Shown: positions 38,150 to 51,848 of the stretch, in pieces
Layout: every line of letters starts with the position of its first letter
Position numbering within the stretch: position 1 is the stretch's first letter
NCBI GenBank assembly: GCA_964016885.1
Contig: OZ024743.1
Span: 81,344,001 to 81,408,000, forward strand
DNA length: 64,000 nt
Source of the DNA: Eledone cirrhosa
Taxonomy: Eukaryota
Reading direction: 5' to 3'
Translations under genes and position numbers: made by a program
The notes under the pieces: model-generated
The model's input: only the letters and a program-made list of their open reading frames with translations
Database searches by the model: none
Told to the model about the DNA's origin: nothing

Positions 38150-40214
38150 ATGGATAACACAAGAAAGAGAGAGAGCACTGTCAGACAACACAGAGAGGGG
38201 GAGACTTTATCAGCATGTCAACAAGACAGCGTTCCAGCGGAGGTAAATATAACCGAAAATATTACAAAGGAAAAGAGGATTGTTACAGATTTAAAATTAC
38301 CAAATATTTCTAACACAAACAGCACCAACAATAACACCAACAAAAAACCAACAACAAACACCATCAATAACAACAGCAACAACAAAAATAACAGTGGTAA
38401 GGTCGATAACGACAATAACAATGACAATAACAACAGCCACAAGAGCAATAATAGTAGGAACAGTATCAACAAAAACAACAATAACAACAGCCACAATAAC
38501 AGTAACAACAGCAACAGTATCAACGAAAACAACAACAACAACACCAACAACTATACCAACGAAAACATCAACAATGACATCGATAAATGTAACAGCGATA
38601 CATGTAACAGCGATCTCAGTACCACCAGTAAGACCAGTAGCGGCAGCAATAGCGGTGCTGCTGAAAAGGGGACCACTTCTTTTGCAGGTGTCGCCCGAAA
38701 TATCGAGACAGTGTTTGTCACAGAAGAGGAGATGGCAGTCGCAAGGGACATGGTGACAAGAAGCGCCAATAGAGTCTCCCTGAAACCTCCACCCGATTTT
38801 TTCAAGGACCAGCAGCTACGGACGGTGACATACCGCACCGTAAGCAAAATCTCACATCGGGTGGAGAGAGCCACGGAGGCTCAAATCTAAAAGGCCTTGA
38901 GGTGCGTCTGAGTACGCAAAACCCACATCACCCGAGGCAGAAAGTACGCCACAGTAGACGTACTTTTCGCCACCCCCCAAGAAGCGAAGTCTCACTCTTT
39001 GGAAACCCTAAAGAGTGAGGAGATAGTCTTGGTGCCCTCCTACTGCGGGAAGAAAATTGTGAGGGTCAAAGTGACCCAGGTCCCACCCGACGAGTCCATA
39101 CCTTGGCTGGCAGCGTCTGTCCTTGTTGGAATCGAGGACAGGACGACCATGCTGCAAGTAAAGAAAATAGGGAGAGAGAACTGGTCAGGTATAGGCATGC
39201 AAATGCTTATACAAACTGACCAGGAATGTATCGACGCTATCCCCGATATAATAGACATCGATGAAGGACTCCAACTCCCTATAAGCGTAGAAGGAAGACG
39301 GCCAAAATGTTATCTCTGTGGGTCGAAGGGTCACCTCAGGGCTTTTTGCCCGCAGAAGACAGCGAAGAAGAAGGCTCCTCTCCTTCCAATACCTGGTCCG
39401 CTGCTACCAAGAGCAGGGTAGGCAACAAACGCAGAAGCCCCTTCCATGGTGAGTAGGAGGGCAACGTCCGTGGCACCCGTACCAAGGCCACGGACAACTA
39501 AAGCAGCAGCATCAGTGGCGGCAACAACAATAGCTACATTTGAAGTAGCTGCACCAGCAACAAAATTGCCGGAGAGGGCTCCACTACCACCACCAACAAC
39601 CGTGGAGCACAAACACCTCCCAGACGCCACGGAATCTGACATGGAGTTTGAAGCGGGAGTGAAGTGGTAAACGGTCTGCCACAAAAAACAAAAAACAAAA
39701 AACCTCTTAGATTCACCCTCCAAAAGCGAAGGCACACAAAGAGGGGTAAAGGCAGCAAGGAAACTTGAAGCAACACCACCACCATCACCATTACAACCAC
39801 AAGCACCGCCGCCAACAACAAACACACCACCACCAGCATCACCAAAAACATCAACAACGCAAACACAACAAAACACACAAACCAAACAGCAACAAAATCA
39901 CCCCTCCCCCCAAAAAGTACACAGCCATAAACATGGCAAAAAAAAGAACTCATACAATATATAAAGCAGCACACAGACATCACAGAAAAAAACTACTACA
40001 TCCCACCAACACCAAGAACTCTCCCGACAAACATAAGCATCATTGAAATCTCAATAGAACAGTACAAACCTTTAAAAAAAAATTCCCCAACGCAGTTGGA
40101 GACTTCATAGTGTCGGTTACCAAGGGGATATACACTGACATCCTCTTGGAAACACCCATGACCAGCCAAAGGGACGGTTCTACTGTCCCTTCACCACACG
40201 ATCAAGGTAAGTAA
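38150..40214 (+). pseudogene. LINE ORF1 (gag-like, CCHC zinc knuckle), broken by in-frame stops; 3' limit approximate
   Basis: ORFs at 38150, 38999 and 39446 share one frame; SFAGVA motif, VEGRRPKCYLCGSKGHLRAFCP. Confidence 0.8.
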
Positions 40215-40246
40215 CCCTTTCTCACTTGCCCCGTTTCTCATCCAAC

Positions 40247-43200
40247 ATGGCCGTACTCAGAATAGGCAGTATAAATGCACGTGGCCTGGGGTCATCTTGG
40301 AAGCAAGGTCACCTGCTCAACGACCTCAGGTCACTAAACATAGAAGTGGTGGCCATCAGCGAGACCAGAATCTCCGAAGCACAAGCCTTCTCACTGACCT
40401 TCGGCGGCTACGATGTATACGCATCTCCCAGCCGTCCAGGATCGGAGGGAGTGGTTGCCGTCCTTTTTCGGAGAGGCTTGGATCTCGCCATACGGGCCAT
40501 CTTCCTAGACCCAGAAGGTAAGTCGGTGGTGCTGGACGTGACCGGAAGCGAAGGCAATGCTTTCAGGCTAGTAGCCGTCTACGCCCGAACAGGGGCAGGG
40601 CGGCCAGATTTCTTCAGACGTCTAGAGACCTTTCTTGGAACGTCCCGCTCTTTAGTGTTAGTGGGAGACTGGAACGGTATCTTGGATGCACGCTGGGATT
40701 GTGTGGGGCTAGTAGATAGGGGAGGAGGGTGCAAGAGCCTCACCAACCTGCTCAGACGTTTTGAACTGTCTGACAGGTATCGACTGGATCACCCAAATGT
40801 GCCAATGTGGACATGGACAAACCGCATCGGCTCATCCAGATCGTATCTCGATAGGGTATTCTGAAGAGAACTAGATAAGGCTAGTTAAAGTTGTCCACAA
40901 TTTAAAATAGTCGACTACACAGACCACAAGTTTGTGATCTGGTAGATCAACATAGACAGACTTCATAGACAAGGGCCCGGTTACTGGAAGCTGAACGCGT
41001 CTTTTCCGGCGCGCAAATCCTACAGAGACGGATTAGCGTATTAGTTAAGCGGGCGTTGACGGGAGCGGTCGTCAACAACAGGTTGCGCTTCACCCTGAAA
41101 AGGGCAATTAAAGTAGAGTCGATTAGGTTTAGCAAAGGAGTAGTGATAACGGAAAATAGAGTAGAGGGAGAGCTGGTTAGAGATCTAGAAGAGGCGTTTA
41201 GAACAAGCATCGCAACCGACGTGCTTGCGGCGAGATTGGCACTCGGCCAATTCTTCAACGCAAAACACGAAGGCTGCGTTGTCAGAGCGTGCTCTGCGCG
41301 TGCTCTGAAACACGAGAGGACAAAAGCCATTCAATGGGCCCGGGTCGCAAAGGCGCGACGTGGCAACAAAGCTACAATTCGGTCTTTGTCTGACCAAAAC
41401 GGGTGCGTGCTGCTCGAACCCGAGATGTGTGAAGCTTTTCAGCAGCACTTTGCTGAACTGTTCGGGAGCAGCGGCGGGCCGGTTCGGGGCATGGACTTCA
41501 GTGCATACCTCGGCGGACTGCCTCGGCTCTTGACGACCGCAGCACAGTGTTGCGAAAAGCCAATAACAGCCGGTGAAACACGGGAAGCGATGGCTAACTG
41601 CACGAGGGGTAAATCGCCAGGTTTGGATTGTCTGCCCTACGAGCTTTATGCATTTATGCCAGACTTGTTCGGTGACCTCTTGGCAGACGTCTACTGCAAC
41701 TGGCAGCAGAACGGGAGCATTCCCAGATTTGTGAGCCGGGGAGCGGTGGCGCTGCTGAGAAAAGACCCAAGCAAGGGGGATGTTATCGATAATTTCAGGC
41801 CCATAACCCTGCTAAACGCAGAGTTCAAGATTTTGGTCAAGGTATTAGCAACGAGGTTGGCGCTTGCCGTCAAGGGTCTGGTAAGAGAGGCGCAGACATG
41901 CGCCATTCCGGACAGATCCATACATGGCGGCGGTCCTCGAGCAGCCGGTTTCGGGCCCGTTTTCAGGGGTTGGATTGCTGCGATGTAAAGCGACATCTGC
42001 TCAGTTGTGAGGGTGAACGGTCACCTGCCGCAGCCGTTCAGCAACATGGGCTCGGTCCGCCAGGGTTTTCCTCTCTCGTCCCTCTCGTACGTATTGGCTC
42101 TCGAACCGTTACTGCACAAACTGGGGGGCGATGAGGGGCGTCCCACGCGAACTAGATGCGGGAAATCCGAGGCAGCTTACGCCGACGACGTCGCCGTGGT
42201 GGTGTCATGCACCAGGCACGTTCACGCTCTCAAGGAATACGAAGCGGTGATAGGAGCAAAGATAAACCAGGAAAAGTCGGTGGGCTTGCAGCTCAGCCCC
42301 TGGAGAGGCAAGTCCATGCCGTCCGACAGATGGAGACAAACTGGAACACAAGTGACGAGCAAGGTGGCCTCCCTCACACAGAAATGGGCCGAGAGGAAGC
42401 TGTCCCTGAAAGGCCGGGTGGAGGTGGCGAATGCGTACATCGCATCCGTCATATGCTACGCCTCACCGTCGTGCCGTGCCCCGGTCCAACTCTCACCAAA
42501 TGGAGCGCCTCCTCTTCCGATCTTTGCGGAAGGGACGCGCTACCATGGTCAGACGATCCATCTGCTGTCAACACCCGTTGCGTGGAGGACTGGGCATGCC
42601 ATGGCTGATGATGCGCAAACATGCACTGAGACTGCGACATCTCTGGTGCTTCCTTGACGGTGAACAGGTGTGGTCGCCGTTCGCCAGGCACGTTTTCCCA
42701 CAGCTCGTCTCCTTGACTGAGCTGCAGTCCTGGGTCAGAAAAAGACCGAGGAATAGCGCTTGGAAACTGGAATGTCTCCAGGCGCTCACTGCATTCTGCC
42801 AGCTGGGCACCAGTATCGGTGGAACATCCACCTCGGCGTTCTATAGAGGACTAGTGGAGGGGAAGAGCGACGACGTTCTCGGAGAGATCCTGGGCGTCGA
42901 AGAAGATCAGCTCTTTGCTCTCTTCCGGAGAACTTTCAGCCCAGGGCCTATGGATAACTTCCAAAACTCCCTGACATGGCAGTGCTACCGGAGAGCGCTG
43001 CAGGTTCGAGATAAGCTCTACAGGCACAGAAGTGCCGTCAGCGGACCCTGTCCGAGATGCGCGCAGAGCGACGAAACTGTCGTGCACGCACACGTTCAGT
43101 GCCCGAGCATTGCTGACTTGTGGAGCTATGTCGAACACTTGCTGTCGCATGTAGGACTGATCCGGCTATCGACTGAGTCCATTGTGCAGATGGTCTCGCC

Positions 43201-43465
43201 GTCTTCCTTCGAGGAGGAAGGGCAGGCGGTTTTCATCTGCCTGGTGGCCAAGGCGAAAGAGATTGTGTGGTGGACAAGGTTGAAAGGGTTAAAGACAAAC
43301 ACTTTCCTCTTCGGCGAATCTCTAATTAACTTTTTTAAGTTTCACTTGAAGAGGAAAATCAGGGTGGAGAGGCAAGTGCTGCCTTCCAGCAAGTTTTTTG
43401 AAAGGTGGGTGAATGTAGCGAGAATGGTCCGAGTGAACGGGACCACTCTGAATATACGTCTGTAG
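40247..43465 (+). pseudogene. LINE ORF2: AP-endonuclease, reverse transcriptase, cysteine-rich domain
   Basis: SINARGL, ISETR, LVGDWN, SYLDRV; KSPGLDCLPYELY, YADDV; CPRCAQSDETVVHAHVQCP; ~110-bp deletion near 41925 removes the LDQSKAF motif retained near 36185. Confidence 0.92.
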
Positions 43466-43944
43466 TTTGAGAAATGGAAAAAATTGAGAGAGGGCGCTTG
43501 CCCTGGTGGCCAGGGTGGCCGTGGTCTTTTGTGTGGTTTTCGCCACGAGTAACCCTCGGAGGTTTTCCCCCTATTGGAGAATTTTTCATTGTTTCAATTT
43601 TCATTTTTATTGTTCATATATATATATATATATTTCTATATATTTTTTTTCTTCTCTTATATAAAAAATAAAAATATTTACACGCACAAAACCCACACCG
43701 TACCGTCCTGTGCCGTCTGTAATGGTTTTCTTGATGTCACCCCTTGTGGCCAATAAAGAAATCATTATTATTATTATTATCATTATTATTATTATTAAAA
43801 AAATGCTTTAATTTACGTTTCACAGTCATTCCGGGGCTAAATAGATACGTCATGTTCATTATATTCAAATATCTTCGAATGTAAAAAAAAACAAAAAAAC
43901 AAATTAAGATTATGACAGCCTCGTAGATATACGAGTGTGTATGT

Positions 43945-43978
<34 letters not shown>

Positions 43979-44029
43979 GTAAACACACACACACACATAT
44001 ATATATATACATATACATACATATACATA

Positions 44030-44093
<64 letters not shown>

Positions 44094-44399
44094 TTCGTGT
44101 ATATAGTCATTGAGGGAGGTAAATATAAAGCGTCTATCTGCAATTCTGATATTATTTACCTTGAGGCAGGTTTAAGAAATAGATTGTTGGTTAATTTCTT
44201 GAAATATGCCATCACGTCTTATTGGCACTGAACATAATATTGCAGCTTATTTGCATGAAGATAGTCGGGGAACTATATATCATTATATACACAATATATA
44301 CATATATGGATATACATATATGTATATAGTACATATATATATACACATATATATATATAAATATATACATATATATATATACACACACGCATACATATA

Positions 44400-44455
<56 letters not shown>

Positions 44456-44499
44456 TATACGTATAAATATATATAATACATAAATTTACACGCACACAC

Positions 44500-44582
<83 letters not shown>

Positions 44583-44597
44583 ATATATGTATGTATA

Positions 44598-44650
<53 letters not shown>

Positions 44651-44828
44651 TTATATACATACGTATACACATATATATGCGTGTAATAGTGTAATATATA
44701 TATCAAATAATGTATAATACGTGTAGAATATATATGATATACAATTAAAATGAATTGGTTTCCTTAATACTGACTTCTTTATTATAGTCACACTTAACAT
44801 AAGCATGCAATTGCGGAGACACATTAAC

Positions 44829-44866
<38 letters not shown>

Positions 44867-45007
44867 TTGCATGTATGTATATAAAGACTGCCAGGCACAT
44901 AACAGAACCACTCGTACATATCGAGATTTCGTGTTCAACCATGCATGAATACATGCATATGTATGTCATATAATGAAAAAAAATAACAAAATGTATATAT
45001 CGATATA

Positions 45008-45084
<77 letters not shown>

Positions 45085-45109
45085 CTGTGTGTGTGTGTGT
45101 GTGTTTGTA

Positions 45110-45142
<33 letters not shown>

Positions 45143-45149
45143 GTTTGTA

Positions 45150-45182
<33 letters not shown>

Positions 45183-45253
45183 ATTTGTGTTTAAAAAAAG
45201 ACGTCAACTCTCATTGAGATATGCAGAGATATGAAAGACTTTCCTAGCACATG

Positions 45254-45349
45254 TATTCCCACATACACACGTGTTCCCACATACACACACGTGTTCCCAC
45301 ATACACACACGTGTTCCCACATACACACACGGGTTCCCACATACACACA
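45254..45349. repeat. 20-bp minisatellite
   Basis: acatacacacacgtgttccc, 4-5 units. Confidence 0.9.
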
Positions 45350-45523
45350 TGAGTGTATATGGACGTATAGACACACATATAAACATACATAAATATACGT
45401 ATCCAATCATCACACTCGAATCATTCGTGATTCCACTCGCAAGATGATAAATATGTTGATTACCAAACACACACAAACACATATACACATACACACAATA
45501 TCACTGACACATACACACACGGA

Positions 45524-45599
<76 letters not shown>

Positions 45600-45795
45600 A
45601 TATATATTTATATATATATATATTTACACACATACCTACATGCAGTACATGCCTGCATATGATCTTTAAAATTCTGCAAAATTCCCTGAATACACTTTAC
45701 ATTTTAAATGTCACCTTACTAATCTATTTACCTTTAACACATATATACATACAGCACACACACACACACACACAGATATATATATATATATATAT

Positions 45796-45855
<60 letters not shown>

Positions 45856-46204
45856 CAACTCACATATACATGTGTACAGCCATTCAGATGAACACATACA
45901 GAGACAACACGTCTTTACCCGTACACAGACACACATGCACAGATACACCCATGCAGATAAACTGATACAGAGAATATCTTTCTGAGCATGTCTGGACATA
46001 AACATGGATACACGTCCTCACAGCACAGATGCATGCTCATGTATTTTTAATTTCTTTCTCTCACACTCGATATACACCCCACATGAATTTATATTAAACA
46101 TTTCAGTTGCACATTCCACTCACATTAACAACCTGCCTCTTATCTTTACCTATTCGTACTCACATATACACCTTTATTTGGGTATATATACACACAGAAA
46201 CATA

Positions 46205-46558
46205 AATATACACACATATACATATATATCAGTCTCTCCCCACTCTCCCCCTCTCTATCTACACACACATATATATATATATATACACATATACATATAT
46301 ATCAGTCTCTCCCCACTCTCCCCCCTCTCTTTCTCTACACACACACATATATATATATACACACATATACATATATATCAGTCTCTCCCCACTCTCCCCC
46401 CTCTCTTTCTCTACACACACATATATATATACACACATATACATATATATCAGTCTCTCCCCTCTCCCCCCTATATTTCTCTACACACACATATATATAT
46501 ACACACATATACATATATATCAGTCTCTCCCCTCTCCCCCTCTCTCTCTACACACACA
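46205..46558. repeat. ~70-bp compound tandem repeat, 5 units
   Basis: catatacatatatatcagtctctcccc... recurs. Confidence 0.9.
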
Positions 46559-47143
46559 GGAACATAAATATACACACATACATATTTATATACAAATACA
46601 TACATGCATACATACACATATATATGTGTGTGTGTATATATGTATGTTTGTATGTATATATGTATGTCTGTCTCATAATCCCACACAATAGAATACATTG
46701 ATTATATCCCTAGCAATTGAATAAGAGAAATAACTAAAGTGAAAGTGAAACTAGACAACACAGTCCACAATACACATTACATACACAGGTTTTATACATA
46801 GAACATATGGAACGACCTTAGATTAGATCTCTGCACATGGAACGATGTCCCCGCCCACTTTATATATTTAGCTATTTATTTATTTCTTATTGATTGGATC
46901 ATTTCATCAACAGTTCTGTTGATCGACTGATCTACAGATAGTCCCTGTCAAACATAATTGCTGGCATATGTGACCCTATTAATAATACTATGTTTTATTT
47001 GTGTTTATGCATGAATGTTTGTTTGTATGTGTGTGTGAATGAATGGTTGCTTTTTATGTATGGATGTACGTATGGACGTGTGTAATTATGTACGTATGTA
47101 ATTATGTACGTATGTATATATGTATGCATGTACGTACACACAT

Positions 47144-47212
<69 letters not shown>

Positions 47213-48084
47213 CTTAGGGTAAACGTTGATGCAATTCAATTCAAGCACTCAACGTACTTTTTCCACATAGGAGTGACGGAGTAAATATCGAATAAGGAAA
47301 AGCGAAGTAGTTTCAGATGTTCAAGTCTTTTAATAATTATGCTGTGATATATATTTCAATGACGACACTGGCCACACTGTTCTGTGTGCGAGTGTCGCGA
47401 CATCGTCAGACAGCTTGTTACATAATAAGGTTATGTTTCCGAGGCAATCCAAATTGAATCGACATGGGAACGGACGAAGTGTGTGCTTTTGGGTTCTTCA
47501 TCCGTTCCGCTGAGTACCAATTCACTCCCACCGGTCTGCGCAGGCGCATGTCCGAAGAAAGTTGACCATTAGCTACCGCAGATTTCAACGAAATTCGCTT
47601 AGTCAGTTCCCCCTCTCAGCCAAACAATGACCCATTCAGGCCTGTACCATAGTTTACTGTGGCAGTCAGCCGAAAGCCAGAGGGGATGGGAGTGTGTTAG
47701 TTTTAACTGGTCACAATACTACCTCTCACCAAGCATGGACAGTACAACTGGCCATCAACCCCTAAGAGAAAATATAATTAATTCTAGGTATCATGGTTTT
47801 ACATTGGAAATTACGAGTGAGAGTTGGAAATAAAAATAAAAATTTAAAATCGAAAATCCTAAATCAAATATCAGAAATTATAAATAAAAAAATAAAAAAA
47901 TTGAAGAATTAAAAAATTAACAATTAAAAATTAAAAAATTAACAAATATATATATATGTGTGTGTGTGTTTATGTGTGTACGTACATGCATACAGATATA
48001 CATACGTACATAATTACACACGTCCATACATACATCCATACATAAAAAGCAGGCATTCATTCTTTCCAAGAATTCTAACGACAT

Positions 48085-48217
48085 TTCTGGAAATAGCCGT
48101 CGAAACGGGTTGAGCTCTGCCGTCGGAGTCATACATTTTCCTATTTCCCACTCTACTACCCTAAGTATTGAGTACTCTGGTGCGTTATGATCCATCTGGT
48201 TCCTTACCACAATTCCT
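48085..48217 (+). mobile_element. Family P, non-inverted copy
   Basis: gaaatagccgtcgaaacgg...gccgtcgg...ttttcctat...ctaccctaagtattgag...ttccttacca then (TA)n. Confidence 0.8.
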
Positions 48218-49351
48218 ATATATATATATATCTATATATATATATATATAAATGAAAAGTATAGAAATTGTTGTAGCTTCTTTCCAAGAATTCTAACGAC
48301 ATCGCTTATATTCTATTTTCATGTAGTCTCCCTTACACTCTATTACTAGTTATTATCATTAATCTAGTTTTTCTTTCTCGTCACTACAGATGTCCTTCCT
48401 TCTCATCCCACCCTCATATCTGAGAGTCGGGTGTCATGGTCTTATGGACCAGCACTCTCAATCTTTCCGTCTCTTGCCATTACCGTACATACCCCAAAAC
48501 GTCCATTCCTTCATATCATAACTCCATCTCCGTTTCTGCCACCAACTAGCACTTTTCTACAGTTGTAATTTTAATAAATTAATAATTCCTGGCAAACTAC
48601 ATTAACTCTTAATACGAATTAGCAGAAAGTATTTAAAAATGGGTTTGTTAATTCAAATGTTTATAGTGTCTTTATTAGAAGAATGACAGATCATGTGACA
48701 ATTTGCTGTATCAGAGTAAAGGCGTCAATTTTCAATGTGGTGCAGTTTTTTTTGTTTTTTTTTACATTTCCAAAATATCTTGCAATTAAATGTTTCACTG
48801 AGAAAGTTGGCTTAAAAACCATTGATAATTACATAAATATGAAAACGAAATATAAACTGACAATTAAATAACGAGAAAAGAGGGAAGGAGTAAAGAAGGG
48901 CAGATCTGGATGTCTGAGAAAGTAGAGGAAAGTACTATAAATGCTATAAATGTGAGGAGGAGGAAAATAACAAGGTCTCATGGGCCACAGAGGAAAAGAA
49001 GGGGGAAAGAGAGAGGGCTCTGGCTTTGGGGCGGGGCTGTTAATAAGGTTTCATGGTGTATAAGACGTTAAGAGTTAAATATTTTATCACTAAAGTTGCC
49101 ATCCAATTAAAATATCCATCCTCTAAGAATCGAACCCATGTCCTATGATTTGGTAGCGTTAAAAGTGAACTAATTAACCCCAGGAAAATAAAACACCGTA
49201 CAATGTTTGTCCTACTCTCCCGCTTCCATCACCTGTGTCGGCCTTCTTCGACATTCTTTGATATTACGATTGTAATAATTCTTTATCAACATGACTAGAA
49301 TCATAATTATCCTCACTTCAACATCCCCTATCTGTCACATCATGTCTCTTC

Positions 49352-49385
<34 letters not shown>

Positions 49386-49423
49386 TTATCTAACTATCTA
49401 TCTCCATGCCTATTGATCTACTC

Positions 49424-49585
<162 letters not shown>

Positions 49586-49674
49586 AAGGTGAGAGAGAAA
49601 ACAATATCAGAAAATAGAATTACATAAATGAGATACACACGCAAACACACCCACATTTATATATATATATATAT

Positions 49675-51015
49675 TGCCAAACTGGTGGAATCCTGTGTCA
49701 GAGAACACTCTGGAACTTCTGGAACTCTCACAGTCTTTACCGGCCCTCGTAATTTTGATTTATCCCCAACTCCAGCTGTTGAGATCAACGTATCGAGTTT
49801 CTTGAAGACATCACACGGATCACTGATGGCGGCTCATGGGTGGATGTTGTTTACTTTGACTTTGCTATAGCTTTAAATTCTGTGTCACACAAGAGACTTA
49901 TGACAAAACTCCCTGCAATGGATGTGAAAGATGATCTTTTTATCTGGTTGAAGTCCCTTATTTTCAATCGAAATGAGGTAGTCACGGTTCTAGGATAGCA
50001 TTCCTCACCATATGAGATGTCATCTGGTGTACCACAAGGATATGTTCTTTGTTCTTGGTCCCCCTTTGTTTGTGGCATATATTAATGACATAGATGCCAA
50101 CCTAAAGAATGCTACAGTACTGAAATATGCAGATGACATCAACTGTACCTTGAGATAAAGACGACTGATCCTGAACACTATAGATCTTTCCTGCAATCAG
50201 ACCTGGACCCAATGCAGCAATGTATCATGGACTGGCAACTCAAGCTGGCTGTGAACAAGTGTACCACCATGCATTTTAGGAGGAAAAACCCAACGTCCAC
50301 GTACTCCCTCCACAACGCTAATATCAAGAAATCTTCTTGTGAACGTGACCTGGGCATCACTGTCATCAGCGATATGCGTTGGACAAAGCAAATTGACAAG
50401 AAGGCTGAGGGTGTCTTAGCATCACTCAGCAAGACCATTGTGGGCCGCTCTCCAGCTATCTATTTAAAGCTGTATATAGCTATGGTGCGGCCACACTTAG
50501 AATTTGCATCACCAGTCTGGAACCCCTATCTTGCTCAGAACATTGACCAATCGAATACCCTCCATCTGTAATCTACCATACTCCTTGCTTCCCTGGGCAT
50601 GGATATACATTGAAGCTTGGTAAACACTCTCAAAATGATTAGCCATCTTGTCAACAACAACCCTGAGCACCTTTTTGAATTCCGTGTGTCTAACACACGT
50701 GGGCATGCCTTCAAATTCAGACAACAGCACTGCTCCCATGACTTTCGGAAACATTTTTTCACGCTCAGAGTTGCTGAAGCATAGAACAAACTACCTGCAT
50801 CAGTTGTTAGCTGTCGAGACACTGCATCCTTTAAAACTTCCATGCTTCCTGAGATTCGCCAACACTACACCTGATATCCCCCTCCATAGACACGTACACA
50901 TGTATATCATGACTCATACACTGTTCATTTTCCTGACATTTGTACATTATTCTGTGTACTATATATGCACCTTTGATGATTTGTAGTGCATCTGAGCATT
51001 GTGCACAATAAAAAT
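49675..51015 (+). mobile_element. CR1-like LINE, 5'-truncated, decayed
   Basis: VDVVYFDFA, SGVPQG, KYADD, CERDLGITV, VRPHLEFASPVWNPY, RGHAFKF..FRKHFFTLRV..NKLP; aataaa end. Confidence 0.88.
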
Positions 51016-51530
51016 CCTTTTAAACTCCCACTTTAAATCCTGGTGTCGGTTAATTTTCTCCTCCTTTTCTTGCACTCTCGTTTCAAATGGGCAGGCTACA
51101 TCTACAATCAGGCACGATCTTTTTTCTTGTCTGTCTGTATCCTGAAATCCCATAGCACCTTCACTTCATCGTTTTCTATCACCGACTCTGGCTTATGCTC
51201 ATACCACTTCTCAGAATGTGGTAAATTGTTTAGTTTGCATAGATGCCAGTGAATAACCTTTCCTATCATATCATGTCTCCAGTCTTTAAAGGGAGTCTGG
51301 GCTAGGTGTTTACACTCAGATTCAATGTGAGCCACAGTCTCCTCTCTCTCTCTCTACAAATCCTACAGAGTGAGCTAGCCTCCTCCTTGTCAATATGGTG
51401 TTTCACCCACTTCGTTCTGAGGACTTGCTCTTGCGCAGCCATTAGCATTCCTTCTGTAGCTTTTTTAATGTCTCCTATTTTTAACCAGTTCCATGTCTGT
51501 GGATCTCTGAAAGTATACTTACATTACTCC
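51016..51530 (-). mobile_element. R4/Dong-like (restriction-like endonuclease) non-LTR fragment
   Basis: TEGMLMAAQEQVLRT, CRIC..ETVAHIESEC, RHDMIGKVIHW, WYEHKPESV, VLWDFRIQTD, LIVDVACPF. Confidence 0.85.
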
Positions 51531-51610
51531 GGAGTAAACAGACCAACCTGCGCAACAGACCAACACATACTCAAAATTAAACACGCACGCACACGCACAC
51601 ACACACACAC

Positions 51611-51686
<76 letters not shown>

Positions 51687-51848
51687 TTCAAGAGTAACCA
51701 ATCTTAAAGAGAGAGATGGAGATAGGAGAGGAGAGATTGGTGAATTAGTTAGAAACCAAAGCGTAAAGGCATGTGCTGAATGTGCAATATGCAGTAGAAA
51801 GCAGCTAGGTGGCTGGGTTCATGCAGAAGTTAGGCGCGCAGAGCTGGA

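Larger units (their letters stand above)
38147..43796 (+). mobile_element. Near full-length Tx1/L1-clade LINE (inactive)
   Basis: ORF1 + ORF2 (APE, RT, zinc finger), 3' UTR, caataaagaaatc(att)n tail. Confidence 0.93.
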
